Below are positions 23,488 to 34,644 of a stretch of 52,829 nt of DNA, piece after piece; within the stretch, counting starts at the first letter, position 1; the number at the start of each line of letters is the position of its first letter. The DNA is from Octopus bimaculoides. Its lineage: Eukaryota. The position numbers were made by a program, and so were the translations under genes. The notes beneath the pieces are model-generated. The model was given only the letters and a program-made list of their open reading frames with translations. It made no database searches and had not been told where the DNA came from. Location of the stretch: contig NC_069003.1 of the NCBI RefSeq assembly GCF_001194135.2, forward strand, positions 6,313,996 through 6,366,824, given 5' to 3'.

Positions 23488-23620
23488 TAATGTAAGTCGC
23501 TGAGCACACTAAAAGCATGTATACCCTTAATGTAGTTCTTGGAAATTTAGTGCGTCACAGAATGTGACGAGGCTGGTCCTTTGAAATACAGATACAACTC
23601 ACTTTTGCCAGCTGATTGGA
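23488..23620 (-). mobile_element. SINE family A, internal fragment
   Basis: GCTGAGCAC..TACCCTTAATGTAG..GGTCCTTTGAAATACAGATACAACTCACTTTTGCCAGCTG matches the family body. Confidence 0.75.
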
Positions 23621-23871
23621 CTTTCAGTTTCTGCCGTAGAAACATTGCCATATCAGATCAGAACCTAGTTCAGGTTCGCAGTTTTCAGTGTATATATTTT
23701 TCATTTACTGATTTCAGTCATTAGATTGTGGCCATGCTGGGGTACACCCTTGAATTATTTTGTTGAATAAATCAACTCCAGCACTTATTTTTTTTTATCT
23801 AAAAAAATTTTTTTTTTAAACCTCTATGTTTATCTATCTATGTATATATATATACATATATATATTAACAG

Positions 23872-24041
23872 GATCACTGCTGAAATTGAAGAAATGTTGG
23901 ATAAAGACATCACTGACAATAAAAACATTGGCAGAATTGGTGCCGAGAAGATCCTGGCAGACAACAACAATTGTCCAGTGTCTGTGGTCACACATTGTAA
24001 CACAGGTTCTTTGGCCACGGCTGGTTATGGTACAGCTTTAG
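23872..24041 (+). CDS. MRI1: MRI1 exon 3
   Basis: Acceptor TTAACAG|G. Contains [17 protein letters not shown] with the catalytic Cys. 170 nt, donor G|GTATGG. Confidence 0.96.
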
Positions 24042-24212
24042 GTATGGATCTTGTTAGTTTTTATTTTTTCCTTTATTCTATCTTATTTTACAGCTTAACT
24101 TGGAGAACATTTACGCCACTGACTTGCAATCAAATATGTTTCAGCTGTGACCATTCCGTCTTTTACTCAGACATGGTCTATCTAGGAGTATTTTATTTAA
24201 TGTAGGTAAATG

Positions 24213-24555
24213 TGCAGGTGTGGCTGTGTGGTATGAAGCTTGCTTCTCGGCCACATGATTCCAGGTTCAGTCCCACTGCACGGCACCTTGGGCAAGTGTC
24301 TTCTATAGCCTTGGGCTGACCAAAGCCTTGTGATTGTAAACTGAAAGAAGCCTGTCATATATTTATGTTTGGGTCCTCCCCCCATTGTTTGATAACTAAT
24401 GTTGGTGTGTTTACACTCCTGTAACCTAGCAGTTCAGCAAAAGAGACTGATAGAATAAGTACTAGGCTTATGAAAGAATAAATCCTGGGGTTGAGTTGTT
24501 TGACTAAAAACCCTTTAGGGCGGTGCTCCAGCGTGGCTGCAGTCAAATGACTTAA
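24213..24555 (+). mobile_element. tRNA-derived SINE family C in MRI1 intron 3
   Basis: Head GGCTGTGTGGTATGAAGCTTGCTTC..CCACATGATTCCAGGTTCAGTCCCACTG..CTTGGGCAAGTGTCTTCTATAG, tail ..GCGGTGCTCCAGCGTGGCTGCAGTC. Confidence 0.88.
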
Positions 24556-24691
24556 GTAGAATAAAAAAATAGTGCTTCTAGGACTACATTATCCAAAATA
24601 TTTTTCCTTGGTGATATTTAACTCTTGGTTCCTCCTAATACTGTCGACTAATGATCAAAAATGTCTTAAGGATTACTGTCCTGTCTTTCAA

Positions 24692-25014
24692 CTGGCACTC
24701 CGTTGGTTACGACGATGAGGGTTCCAATTGATCTGATCAACGGAACAATCTGCTCGTGATATTAACATGCAAGTGGCTGAGCACTCTACAGACACGTGTA
24801 CCCTTAATTCAGTTCTTGGGGAGATTCAGCATATGGCGTTATGATAAAGCTAGTCCTTTGAATTACACGTACAATTCATTTTTGCCAGCTGTGTGGACTG
24901 GAGCAACGTGAAATAAATTGTCTTGCTCAAGAAAACAATGCATTGTCAGGAATTGAACTTGTGCCTTTACGATCGTGAGCTGTGAATACCCTAACTACTA
25001 AGCCATGTATCTTC
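24692..25014 (-). mobile_element. SINE family A, full-length, in MRI1 intron 3
   Basis: Collinear with the other family A copies along its whole length. Confidence 0.88.
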
Positions 25015-25259
25015 ACAGTCTTTTATTTAGACATAGTGTGTCTGTGTATCTAGGAGACTGCATTATTTAATGTCTTGCCTTATTGTTGCTCACTTCAGGG
25101 TTAGTTCTGATTCACATTTTCTGTAAACACCAGACATTCTAAACAATTATACCAAAGAAACACTTCTGTTTATGTAATTTGAACCTATGACCCTGTGGTG
25201 TCATTTGCACATCACCTTCACCACATGGCTACCATACTTTTCTTTCCTTCTTTTTTAAG

Positions 25260-25661
25260 GGGTCATCCGTAGTTTGCATGAGAAGATGATGTTGAAGCAT
25301 GTTTACTGCACCGAGACACGTCCCTATAACCAGGGTTCACGCCTGACAGCCTTCGAGATAAAACACGAACAAATGCCTGGCACTTTGGTCTGTGACAGCA
25401 TGGTGGCAATGTTGATGAAAGAGAAGAATATAGCCGCAGTGGTTGTGGGAGCTGACCGGGTTGTCGCCAACGGAGACACGGCTAACAAGATTGGAACTTA
25501 TCAGCTGGCCATTGTTGCCAAGTACCATGGGGTTCCGTTCTATGTAGCGGCACCCAGCACGTCATGTGACATGGAACTGAAATCTGGAACAGAGATTGTC
25601 ATTGAAGAGAGAAATTCCAAGGAGATGACAAGCATCAAAGGGATTGCTACTGCTCCCAAAG
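25260..25661 (+). CDS. MRI1: MRI1 exon 4
   Basis: Pyrimidine-rich acceptor TTTTAAG|GG. Motifs [34 protein letters not shown] (catalytic Asp) and FYVAAP. 402 nt, donor G|GTAAAG. Confidence 0.97.
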
Positions 25662-25689
25662 GTAAAGTACCGCTTCACCAATGCTCTTC

Positions 25690-25915
25690 TTTCCCCTTTA
25701 TGCCAGGTGGCACGTAAGGCTTCCACTCTCTTTCTTTCTTCCATGCTGTCCTGTTGATGGCTGTGCTTTGCACCTGATTCCATGTTAATTATTTGCTGGT
25801 TTTCCCTTCTTCTTCAACAGTTCTTCTCCAGGTGTTCCTTGGTCTTCTGCACTTCCTCTTTCTTTCAAGGGCCCATATTTGGAGAACCTGGCGATTAATT
25901 TTGGATATTATTGAT
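25690..25915 (-). mobile_element. RTE LINE 3' end in MRI1 intron 4
   Basis: Minus strand RKRKCRRPRNTWRRTVEEEG...LTWNQVQSTAINRTAWR...VEALRATWH, the typical RTE C-terminus. Confidence 0.8.
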
Positions 25916-26339
25916 TGATATGTAAAGTGTCAGATTAAGAGAACGCTGATGAGACCTTGTTACTACTGGCACTCCATCGGTTTAAAAATCAGTTAAATTG
26001 AGGGCAGTTGGTGTTTTTTAACAAAAATATAGTAAAAAAAGTTAAGGAATAATGTTTCCAAATTATTCAGCACTAAAGCTAGATGTACTCTAGCACAATG
26101 GATTCACAAACTCTCAACTTCTCAAAGAAAGCTGTTAAATTTATGACAGAGCTGTAGAAATTTTGGCAGCTATTACCTCTCCTGGCAACAACGGTGTTGT
26201 CTTTCTGTGTGAAAGGTAGATTGCATAATACTTGAGTACTAAGTGTGATATTGCTTGCATGGTAGCGAAACATGGGTATTGTATGTAGAGGATGTGAGGA
26301 TGCTCCACCGGGTATGTAATATTAGTGTAATTTAATGTG

Positions 26340-26550
26340 GTGAGCTGGGAGAATCGCTAGCACGCCAGGCTAAATGCTTAGCAGTATTTTGTCTGTCTTT
26401 ACATTCTGGGTTGAATTTCTGCCACGGTTGACTTAATCGTTTATCCTTTTAATGTCAATAAAATAAGTACCGGTTGAACACCTGGGATCTCTGTAATCAA
26501 CTTAACCTCTTTCTTGAATTTGCTGCCTTTGTGCCAAATATTTGAAGCAT
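26340..26550 (+). mobile_element. SINE family B in MRI1 intron 4
   Basis: GAGCTGGGAGAATCGCTAGCACGCCAGG..AAATGCTTAGC...TTTATCCTTT..AATAAGTACC, ending CTTTGTGCCAAA. Confidence 0.8.
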
Positions 26551-26649
26551 GATTGATATTTAAAGTGTCATCATTTGAAATCTTTGTTGCTTACTTTTTT
26601 TCACATTTTCCCTACTTTTATAAATTTTTTTTAAAAATCGTTTCTGCAG

Positions 26650-26804
26650 ACATGTCATGCTGGAATCCTGCCTTTGATATAACCCCTTCTGAACTGATTA
26701 CTGGCGGCATCATAACAGAATTTGGACTTTTCAAGCCATCACAGCTGGAAACTGAACTGGAATCGGTACTTACAACTCAAAAGAAGAAAAAGCTTAAAGA
26801 CTAA
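26650..26804 (+). CDS. MRI1: MRI1 exon 5 (terminal)
   Basis: Acceptor TTTCTGCAG|AC. Encodes (D)[25 protein letters not shown]...KKKKLKD then TAA. The five exons total 138+245+170+402+155 = 1110 nt = 369 aa plus stop, with consistent phases. Confidence 0.96.
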
Positions 26805-26979
26805 CCAATTCTTTCAGGTAGTTTGTGTTCGTGGTCCCTGCAAGATCCCTGACTGTGGATTTCTGAGTACAGCAGATTGCGGAAAGTTAAACTTGGTTGT
26901 CATTCAGGTTTTTGTAAACTTCGAAGTGGTTCATTGCATGATGGAATATGACTATTAATATATCCCAGGTATTAGGGCA

Positions 26980-27195
26980 ACCAGCTGGCAGAATCATTAA
27001 CATGCCGGACAAAATGCTTAGCAGCATATCATCTGTTGTTACGTTCTGAGTTCAAATTCTGCCGGGGCCAACTTTACCTTTCATCCTTTCAGGGTCGATA
27101 AAGTAAGTACCAGTTGAACATTAGGGTTGTTATAGTTGATTAATCCCATCTCCTGAAATTGCTGGACTCGTGCCAAATTTTTTGACCATTTTTAT
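26980..27195 (+). mobile_element. SINE family B, 3' of the MRI1 stop
   Basis: GGCAGAATCATTAAC..TTCTGAGTTCAAATTC..CCTTTCATCCTTTCAGGGTCGATAAAGTAAGTACCAG. Confidence 0.85.
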
Positions 27196-27296
27196 AATTA
27201 TACTTACTAGCTGGACCCGTGAAAAATTCATGGAAAGTGTATTGGTGCCATGAGAAATGTTTGGGGTCGGGCAAAAGTAGATATACAGTTGTTTAA

Positions 27297-27520
27297 CCCT
27301 TCAGCATTCAGATTATTCTATCAAATGTAATATTTTTTTTATTCATGTTGCTTTGAATTTATCCTGAAATTATCTTGTAGCTTCAAGATTTCGGTTATGT
27401 GACCGTATATTCTTTAGACGAACATTGGAGGATAGGTGTGAGAGACCAAATCTGGCCAGTTTCAACATAAAACAAAGTAAAATGTTTTGGCCGGATATGG
27501 CTGGTTTCAATGCTCAAGGG
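27297..27520. mobile_element. piggyBac-type MITE with intact TTAA target-site duplication
   Basis: TTAA|CCCTTCAGCATT ... AATGCTCAAGGG|TTAA. The terminal inverted repeats match at 11 of 12 positions. 224 bp, non-coding. Confidence 0.9.
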
Positions 27521-28934
27521 TTAATAGAGCTGGAATGTTCTTTTCATTTTTAGGATAAGAATTCTATGATCCATGTTCAGAAAGAATTAGAAAGAACATA
27601 CTTAGAGCATAAAATTCATAGCCCTAAAAAAAAAAGAAATAGAGAAATGAAAAGAACATTCTGTTCATTAAGCATCTGTATACCTACTTTTGCTCACCCC
27701 TGTATATTGAATCTGTTAATCTTTCGTTATCTCCTTTGACGACCATATTTCTGAACTTAAATACATCATCAGTTAATGTTTGTTTTTCCATACTGGCATG
27801 GGCTGAAGGGTTTGACAGCGACTGGAGAGCTGCACCAGGCTACAATTGTCTGTTATGGCATGCTTTCTGTGGCTGATAAAACTGAAATAACACTGATCAT
27901 TAGAAAAACATTTTGTTAAACTGAAAGAATTGTCCACTACCTTGTTGTTGGTAAGGGACCTTATGTGGTGACCAACTCCCTGTTAGTCTCGCTAGGGACC
28001 CCGTCACCAATGTCATGACCTATTGGAGGAGGACTTCACTCTGGTTGAGCCGTGCCTGCTTTGTCCCCAACACTTCTCAAGCCCTATCTCCTGGGGTTTC
28101 CATCTGATAAACAGGCACAAGAGAAAACCTGTCTACCAGCGCAGCAAAAAAAAGTGGCCACCTACATTCGATTAGGTGCCATGTTAGCAAGTNNNNNNNN
28201 NNNNNNNNNNNNNNNNNNNNNNNNNNNNNNNNNNNNNNNNNCCCCCCCCCCCCCCAGCTCCAAATAAAAGTTATCGTTTTTTTTTGTCTCTAACTATTTC
28301 TATGATGCCGAAGTGTAAAGGATCTTTCTTACCAGTCCTTCCTTTCCTCTCTGCCTGCCATCCTTTTCCTTCCACTTTAATGGCATCTATAAAACACATC
28401 CATCTTATCCCCTTCTAGGGTGTCCTGCCCACAAACTATTACTGTCGTTGGTCATTTGATTTTGGTTTTTCTTTTCCCAACTTGCCATTCATGCAGTGGC
28501 AAGTTTGATACTTTGTTCATCTCCACATGACAATGGAAACACCTTAAAGGCAATGGAAACACCTGACAATTAGCCAAGCTGGTTCTCTGTATGTTACAAC
28601 TTGTGCAACAAGCATTGTTTTAGCCATGAAACAATCGCAGTCCATGTTTTACCTGTTACATTTCTTATATTTTTGGACTTTTTAGCAGCTTTGGTTGCTA
28701 AGCTATGATTTTATGGTGATTGTTAGATTACTGAAATTTTTTGGATTTCAATATTCGATGAAGCAACTTAAAACGTTAATAAACTCATTTTATCATACAA
28801 TGTCTGCTGTTTGTCATCTATACTAACTGCTTGCATGCTCAGAACTTACTAACTTCCTGCACTTGTTTCCTATGACGGGGTGGTGGTGTGTGCTGAAATG
28901 TTCTTGGCTTTGGGTAAAAGAAACTACTGGGTTG

Positions 28935-29295
28935 ATCAATTAATTATGATTTTATTCAACATATTCCCCTCTCAGATTCACACTCTTAGTGCAGCGGTCC
29001 TTCAGTTTTTCTGAGTTCTATAAAAAACGATTTTGGAAGGTTGGGCCTTCACCAGGGCTCTGTAGCAGTGATCATGTCTGAATCAGAGGGAAATTTTGTT
29101 ACCTTGCTATGTTTCTACAGTTGTGGAAAGAGGGGCCCAAGTCAGGAGAGTATGGTGGGTGGTCTTATAATTTGAAGCTAACGTGCGTATTTTCTGTAAT
29201 TTCACGAGCTGTGTGTGCTGTTGCATTGTCCGGCATAAACAGGACACCACTACTCAGCTTTCTATGGAATTTCTACTTCAAAGCTTCTGCCTGGC
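28935..29295 (-). mobile_element. Mariner 3' fragment (catalytic C-terminus)
   Basis: Minus strand gives GVLFMPDNATAH (HDNA motif) and DHPPYSPDLGPS (YSPDL motif), followed by a degenerate C-terminus. Confidence 0.88.
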
Positions 29296-29549
29296 TGGCT
29301 CTTGTGAAACCGTCCCACCCATACCAGCATGGAAGGCGGACGTTAAACAATGATGAACATGATGATGATGATGACTATTGCTTGGCAACCGGTGTTAGTT
29401 TGTTTGCACTCCCTTATTTTAGTGGTACCACAGAAAAGAGACCAATAGAATAAGCAACAGACTTAGAAAAAAGCAACTGCTGAGGTTATTTTGCTCAACT
29501 AAACCAACTGAAGTCCATAGATTTTGTTGTTAATATTTATCTGCAAAAA

Positions 29550-29770
29550 GGTGGCATGCTGGCAGAATCATTAGCACACTGGACGAAATGCTTAGTGGTA
29601 CTTAGACCGTTGCTATGTTCTGAGTTCAAATTGCACTGAAGTCGACTTTGCCTTCCATCCTTTCGGGGTTGATGAAATAAGTACCAGTGAAATACTGAGG
29701 TTGATGTAATCAACTAGTCCCCCCCAGCTCCCCCAAATTTCAGGCCTTGTGCTTATAGCAGAAAGGAACA
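29550..29770 (+). mobile_element. SINE family B
   Basis: Same consensus as 26980-27195 and 45365-45575. Confidence 0.85.
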
Positions 29771-29849
29771 TTTATCTGCAATAAATCTGGTTGTACTTCT
29801 ACAATACTCAAAATATTTTAACAATTAAAAATTTTTTTTATTTGTTTGT

Positions 29850-30206
29850 CATTTGATTGTGGCCATGCTGGAGCATTGCCTCTAGTAGAGCAAATCGACC
29901 CCAGGACTTATCCTTTGTAAGCCTAGTACTTAGTCTATCAGTTTCTTTTTGCCAAACTGCTAAGTTACAGAAGCATAAACACACCAGCATCGGTTGTCAA
30001 GCAATGTTGGGGGGAGGGGGGGACAAACAGACAGACGCACACAGATACACAACAGGCTTCTTTCAGTTTTCGTCTACCAAATGAACTCACAAGGCTTTGG
30101 TTGGCCTGAGGCTATAGTAGAAGACACTTGCCCAAGGTGCCATGTAGTGGGACTGAACCCGGAACCATGTGATTGGTAAGCAAGCCACTTACCACACAGC
30201 CACTCC
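29850..30206 (-). mobile_element. SINE family C
   Basis: Reverse complement of 24213-24555 along its whole length. Confidence 0.88.
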
Positions 30207-31050
30207 TGGATAGGATTTTTTAAACATCGAATGGCTATGAGGGTGCATCTAAGTAAAATAGGAATGAAAGGGGTCAACAGGCAAAACATGGTTGAAAACT
30301 TAGCTATTACACCCCAGCATAACCACAGTCAAGTAAAATATAGTTTAAAAGTCGTAACTTATTTCTATTTCATTATCCATAAATACCAATTATCGTTTCC
30401 TTTTCTCCTATTCTTTCGTTTTGGAGTAGACCATTTTATGTGCCTGAATCGAAAGATGGCAATATTTTTCAGTCAATCAGACAGGTTGCTTCTTTATGAA
30501 CATTTGGTCTTGCTTTCTTAGAAAACCATTTAAGAAGAGTAAAAAACGACTACTAAATGAAAACGTGCTTTATATAGTTTCAAGGTTTTGCGTTTTTTCT
30601 TCTTTCTCTTATCCATCCGTGACTAACACATTGACACAGGTAACATAACCAATTCATTGCTTCAGGTACAAAGTAGGTATTAATTTCATCTCGTAAAAGT
30701 TTAGCATCTGAAAAAAAAAAAATAATAAAAAAAAAAGAATGTTACCTTGATTGTGTCCCTTACATTGAAACAAGCGAGATAACTTCTAAAACTTTTGAAA
30801 ATCATTTCGTGCTTTAGTGAAATGTTTACAAACTATCTTTTATCTTCAACTTGTTTCTGTCGTGAGACTGCGGTCATGCTGGGGCACCGCGATGAAGAAT
30901 CAATCAACCCCAGTACTTATTCTACCGTAAACACACCGATATCCGCTGTCAAGCTTTGGTGGCGGACAGAGACACAATGACGCATGCGCGCGCACGCACA
31001 CGTAGGATGGACTTCCTCCAGTTTCCGTCTACCACATCCACTCAATGCTT

Positions 31051-31114
<64 letters not shown>

Positions 31115-33980
31115 CCACATTTATGTGTGAGCAAGACAAAAAGGTAAAAAAAGAAGCAGAATAAATATTGTTTATATATATTTTCAAAACTTTTTATTAA
31201 GAAAATAACAATAAATAAAATTAACAATATACAAAGTAAAAAAGAAATGTAAAAGAAAAAAAACAACTTTTTTTTATAAATCCTCGAATTATTTCTGTTG
31301 TTTTTGTTTTATTTTTCGTTATTTTTATTTTTTATTTTTTATTTTTTTTCCGAACGTAAAGTCATATTAGACGAAACGGATTTATTGTGATTAAGCTTAC
31401 CGGAAGTATATTCCGATGACCGGAAGCTGTATTTTTACGCGGATTGTCAAATTAAAGGCACAGAGTAGCTGTTACTGAAATAATTCTTTGTTTCTTTTTG
31501 CATTTTTCTTCCTTTTTTTTTTCTGCTTTAAGTTTTCTATTTTTTGTTTGTTTTTCTTGCTTTCGATTAAAACTTTAGATGAAAGGATTTAATATAAGAA
31601 TCGATGAAAATTTAGTAAAGTTTACTTTGTAAGGTCATTTGAATTTTCAGAAAGAAATTGAAAATTAAAAATCAAACATATATATGTTGTATTAATTTTA
31701 ATGATTGCTTCTGCAGGCATTTTTTTTTTCTTCATATACCTTAAGGAAAAGGGGTTGGTTATTATTGTTATTATTATTATTATTACTTTTTTTTCTGCTT
31801 TGGAGTAATTTATGTACCCCGAAATATAATGAAAGAATGGTCTTGAATTGAGTGGAATTTATAGACATCAATACCAAGAATTTAGAGAAATCGAAATGGG
31901 GAAAAAAAAAAGACAACAAAAAGCACAGTCTTCAGTGATATGACTGTCCTTATGATAATGGATTTTGATATTGGCACAAGACGACAAAAAGTGGAGGGAA
32001 GGGACTTTGTCACCTTCATCTACCTCAATACATAACGGGCTATTATTATTATTATTAAGGCGGCGAACTGGCAGAATCGTTAGCACGTTGGACAAAATGC
32101 TTAGCGGCATTTCGTCCGCTAATTAAATTCCTGAAATCCTTGGCCTAGCAGTGCTACCGAGTGGCATGCCGGTTCGAGATAAACCCCCACAGGTAAATAA
32201 GTGCCGCACTGCTCGAGATGCGCGCGGAGCGATTAAAACCGTTCCGCATGCACTCGCGCAGTGTTTCAGTATTGCTGAACAGCTGTTGTTGCATAATAGA
32301 ACAAACCCGACCCTCAGCCGAGTCCACTATGAGGATTGCCCCACCATCAACATTTCACATGGCAAGGTAGGAAGTGTTTTGCTGTCAAGCGGCAATAGCA
32401 AAATTGGTTGTTTGATGGGCGAGGCTGAAAAGATCGAGAACAGGCACATTTCCTTTTGGGGGTCAAGCCCTTATCAACTTCAAGTAACACGTGGATAGAA
32501 AGCAAAGCAGTGAAACTTTGTCAACAGGTGTATGGCTGACAAATCTGATTAGGGCGAATGGCCCTGCGCTAGGCATGCATCTGTAAGTTGGTCGATAACA
32601 CATGGACAAGACATTTAATCCGGCACTCTACAGTTTCTGTCAGTCCATTGTTAATTATATTCAAGAATGGTGGTTGACGTAGCAGAAAAGGTGAAAATGC
32701 CGGATTAAATGTTTTGTCACATGTAGAGTTACCTCCCTTTACGTTCTGTTGTCGTTTAAGCATCCCCTTCTCCCTTGACAAATTTTCCCCTTTCATTCTT
32801 CCGGGGATCGATTAAAATCAGTATCAGTCATTTACTGGAGTTAGGGTTCGATCTAATCGTTCACTTCTCTCAAAAACTTAATTTTTGCATATTGAGATTC
32901 GATTGGTTCTTATTGATTATTGATTAGAGGTTATTGATATTTGATACATATTAAGAATTGGTTGTTACATAATGAGACTTGATTGTTACACATTGGCACT
33001 TGGTTGGGACTTATTTATGCTTGCTCGATACATATTGACATTCGATTGGTATGCATTGAAACTTAATTCATACTTGGTTGGTATGCATTTTATCGATCCC
33101 GGACGGTCAGTGAAAATAAAGTTAAAACCGATATTCCCATCGAAATCTATTTACCTTATTCCGCCTCCTGAGATCGATACAGCGCATCTTAAAATTTGAA
33201 ATCCTGCGTCCATGTTGGAAACCACCATCACCATCTCCCCCTCCCTTCTTCCTCATCATCATAATTGTCACCACCTTCGTCATCGCCATTATTATTATTA
33301 TTATACAAAAGCTATTACACGCCAATTTTGTTAGGAAGAAGCTGTCTTGAAGATTGGTGACAACAAATCTCAAATCTCAGGAATCATCTTTAGGATTATT
33401 TCAGAATACAGGATGTCACTCTCTTGTGGATTATTCAGCCTTTTTTTTTTTTTTTTTATCATTTTAAAGACCTGGAAAAACTAAACAAAAGAAGCGAAGA
33501 AACAGAAATATACTAAAACGACAGAAAAAAGAATACATTCCCGATTCCATATCGCCATCAGCCCAAACTTAGGGCTGGCGAAAGAAATCCCTTTATGCTT
33601 AGTATCAGAAATAGATTAACAGGTGTCTCGTTTCCTAATCGTACCAACCAACAATAGTGCTCCATCATATTATGACGAGGAAGGAATTATAGTTGCAGAT
33701 GAAATTCAACGAAAGAAGATTAATCATGAAACGATGAATACAGATGAGAAGAAACAATTTCTTTAACATAGTGAGAAAATAGCGAAAAATGCAGAAAACG
33801 ACGAAGAACTAAGATTCACCGTCTTCAAAAATCAAAGTAAGAACAAACAAAATCACGCATCCGTTGTGCCACATACTTCCGGAAAAAAATGTTAGAATGA
33901 TATGCAAAAAAGTGAGATTCAGAATATAAACAATATGCAGAAAATAGATTACTAGTAAAAATAAAACTGACAATACAATG

Positions 33981-34208
33981 AACTTAAAGAGCATACCCCC
34001 AAAAGGTTTTCTTCCGCACCAAATATCTCAAAAGGTGCTTAGAGGTTCATTTCGTTGCACTCGTACACAATTTGAGAAATGTTTAAGAGAAAAACGAACT
34101 TAAAAGAGCATACCCCGAATAGTTTTCTCCCACACCGAATATCTCAAAAAGTGCTTACAGGTGCATTTGTTTGCACTCGTACACAATTTGAGAAATGTTT
34201 TTGAGAAC
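33981..34208. repeat. Two-copy tandem repeat, unit about 115 bp
   Basis: AACTTAAA(A)GAGCATACCCC...TTGCACTCGTACACAATTTGAGAAATGTTT occurs twice in tandem. Confidence 0.9.
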
Positions 34209-34644
34209 AGTGTTGTGGAGTGCCTTAGCTGAAACTAACCAGTAATCTTTCGTGATTTATTTCCTGTAAATTATATCGTTTTAATAATTGTGTGATTTAT
34301 TGTACTTTTGTTTCTTTCTTCTCATTCTTTGTCCTTATTATGTTCATTTTAACAGGAATAGATAACAGTAGTGCTTAAGCACCAGTTAAGTATTGAGGTT
34401 AATAGTGTTGACTGACCCTTTTCCGCTCAAAAATTTGCTAGCCTTGTGCCAAAATTAGAAACAATTATCAGAGTTCTTATCAAAAGCTTGACCTTTTTGT
34501 TGGTTTTTTTTTTTCAGCAAGGAACCTTCCAGTAACTTCTACTGTTGTTTTTGCTTGTTTGTGTTGTTGTTGCTTTTCAAGCTACAACCCAACAAACAAA
34601 GGAATAATAGAGAAGAAGATAACAACGTTCGATTCCAATGCATT

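Noticed and set aside
23424-23503. C/D-box snoRNA-like spacing (ATGATGA ... CTGA, about 80 nt) in MRI1 intron 2
   Set aside because: No terminal stem or recognisable rRNA guide. The sequence reads as LINE ORF2 (DDIESSWKALRDA) running into a SINE fragment.
26805-26850. CTAAC plus TTCTTTCAG as an alternative MRI1 acceptor just after the stop
   Set aside because: Splicing exon 4 here would drop the conserved WNPAFD motif and stop after 10 codons, so it is not a plausible functional isoform.
28300-28750. Possible piggyBac transposase remnant (VKHGLRLF on the minus strand); similar Cys-rich hints at 550-640 and 12045-12130
   Set aside because: Single short motifs only, with no catalytic motifs recognised; insufficient to call.
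33615-33895. Plus-strand protein-like frame (VSRFLIVPTNNSAPSYYDEEG...) after TTAACAG
   Set aside because: Contains an in-frame stop, has no recognisable homology and no upstream plus-strand exon was identified.
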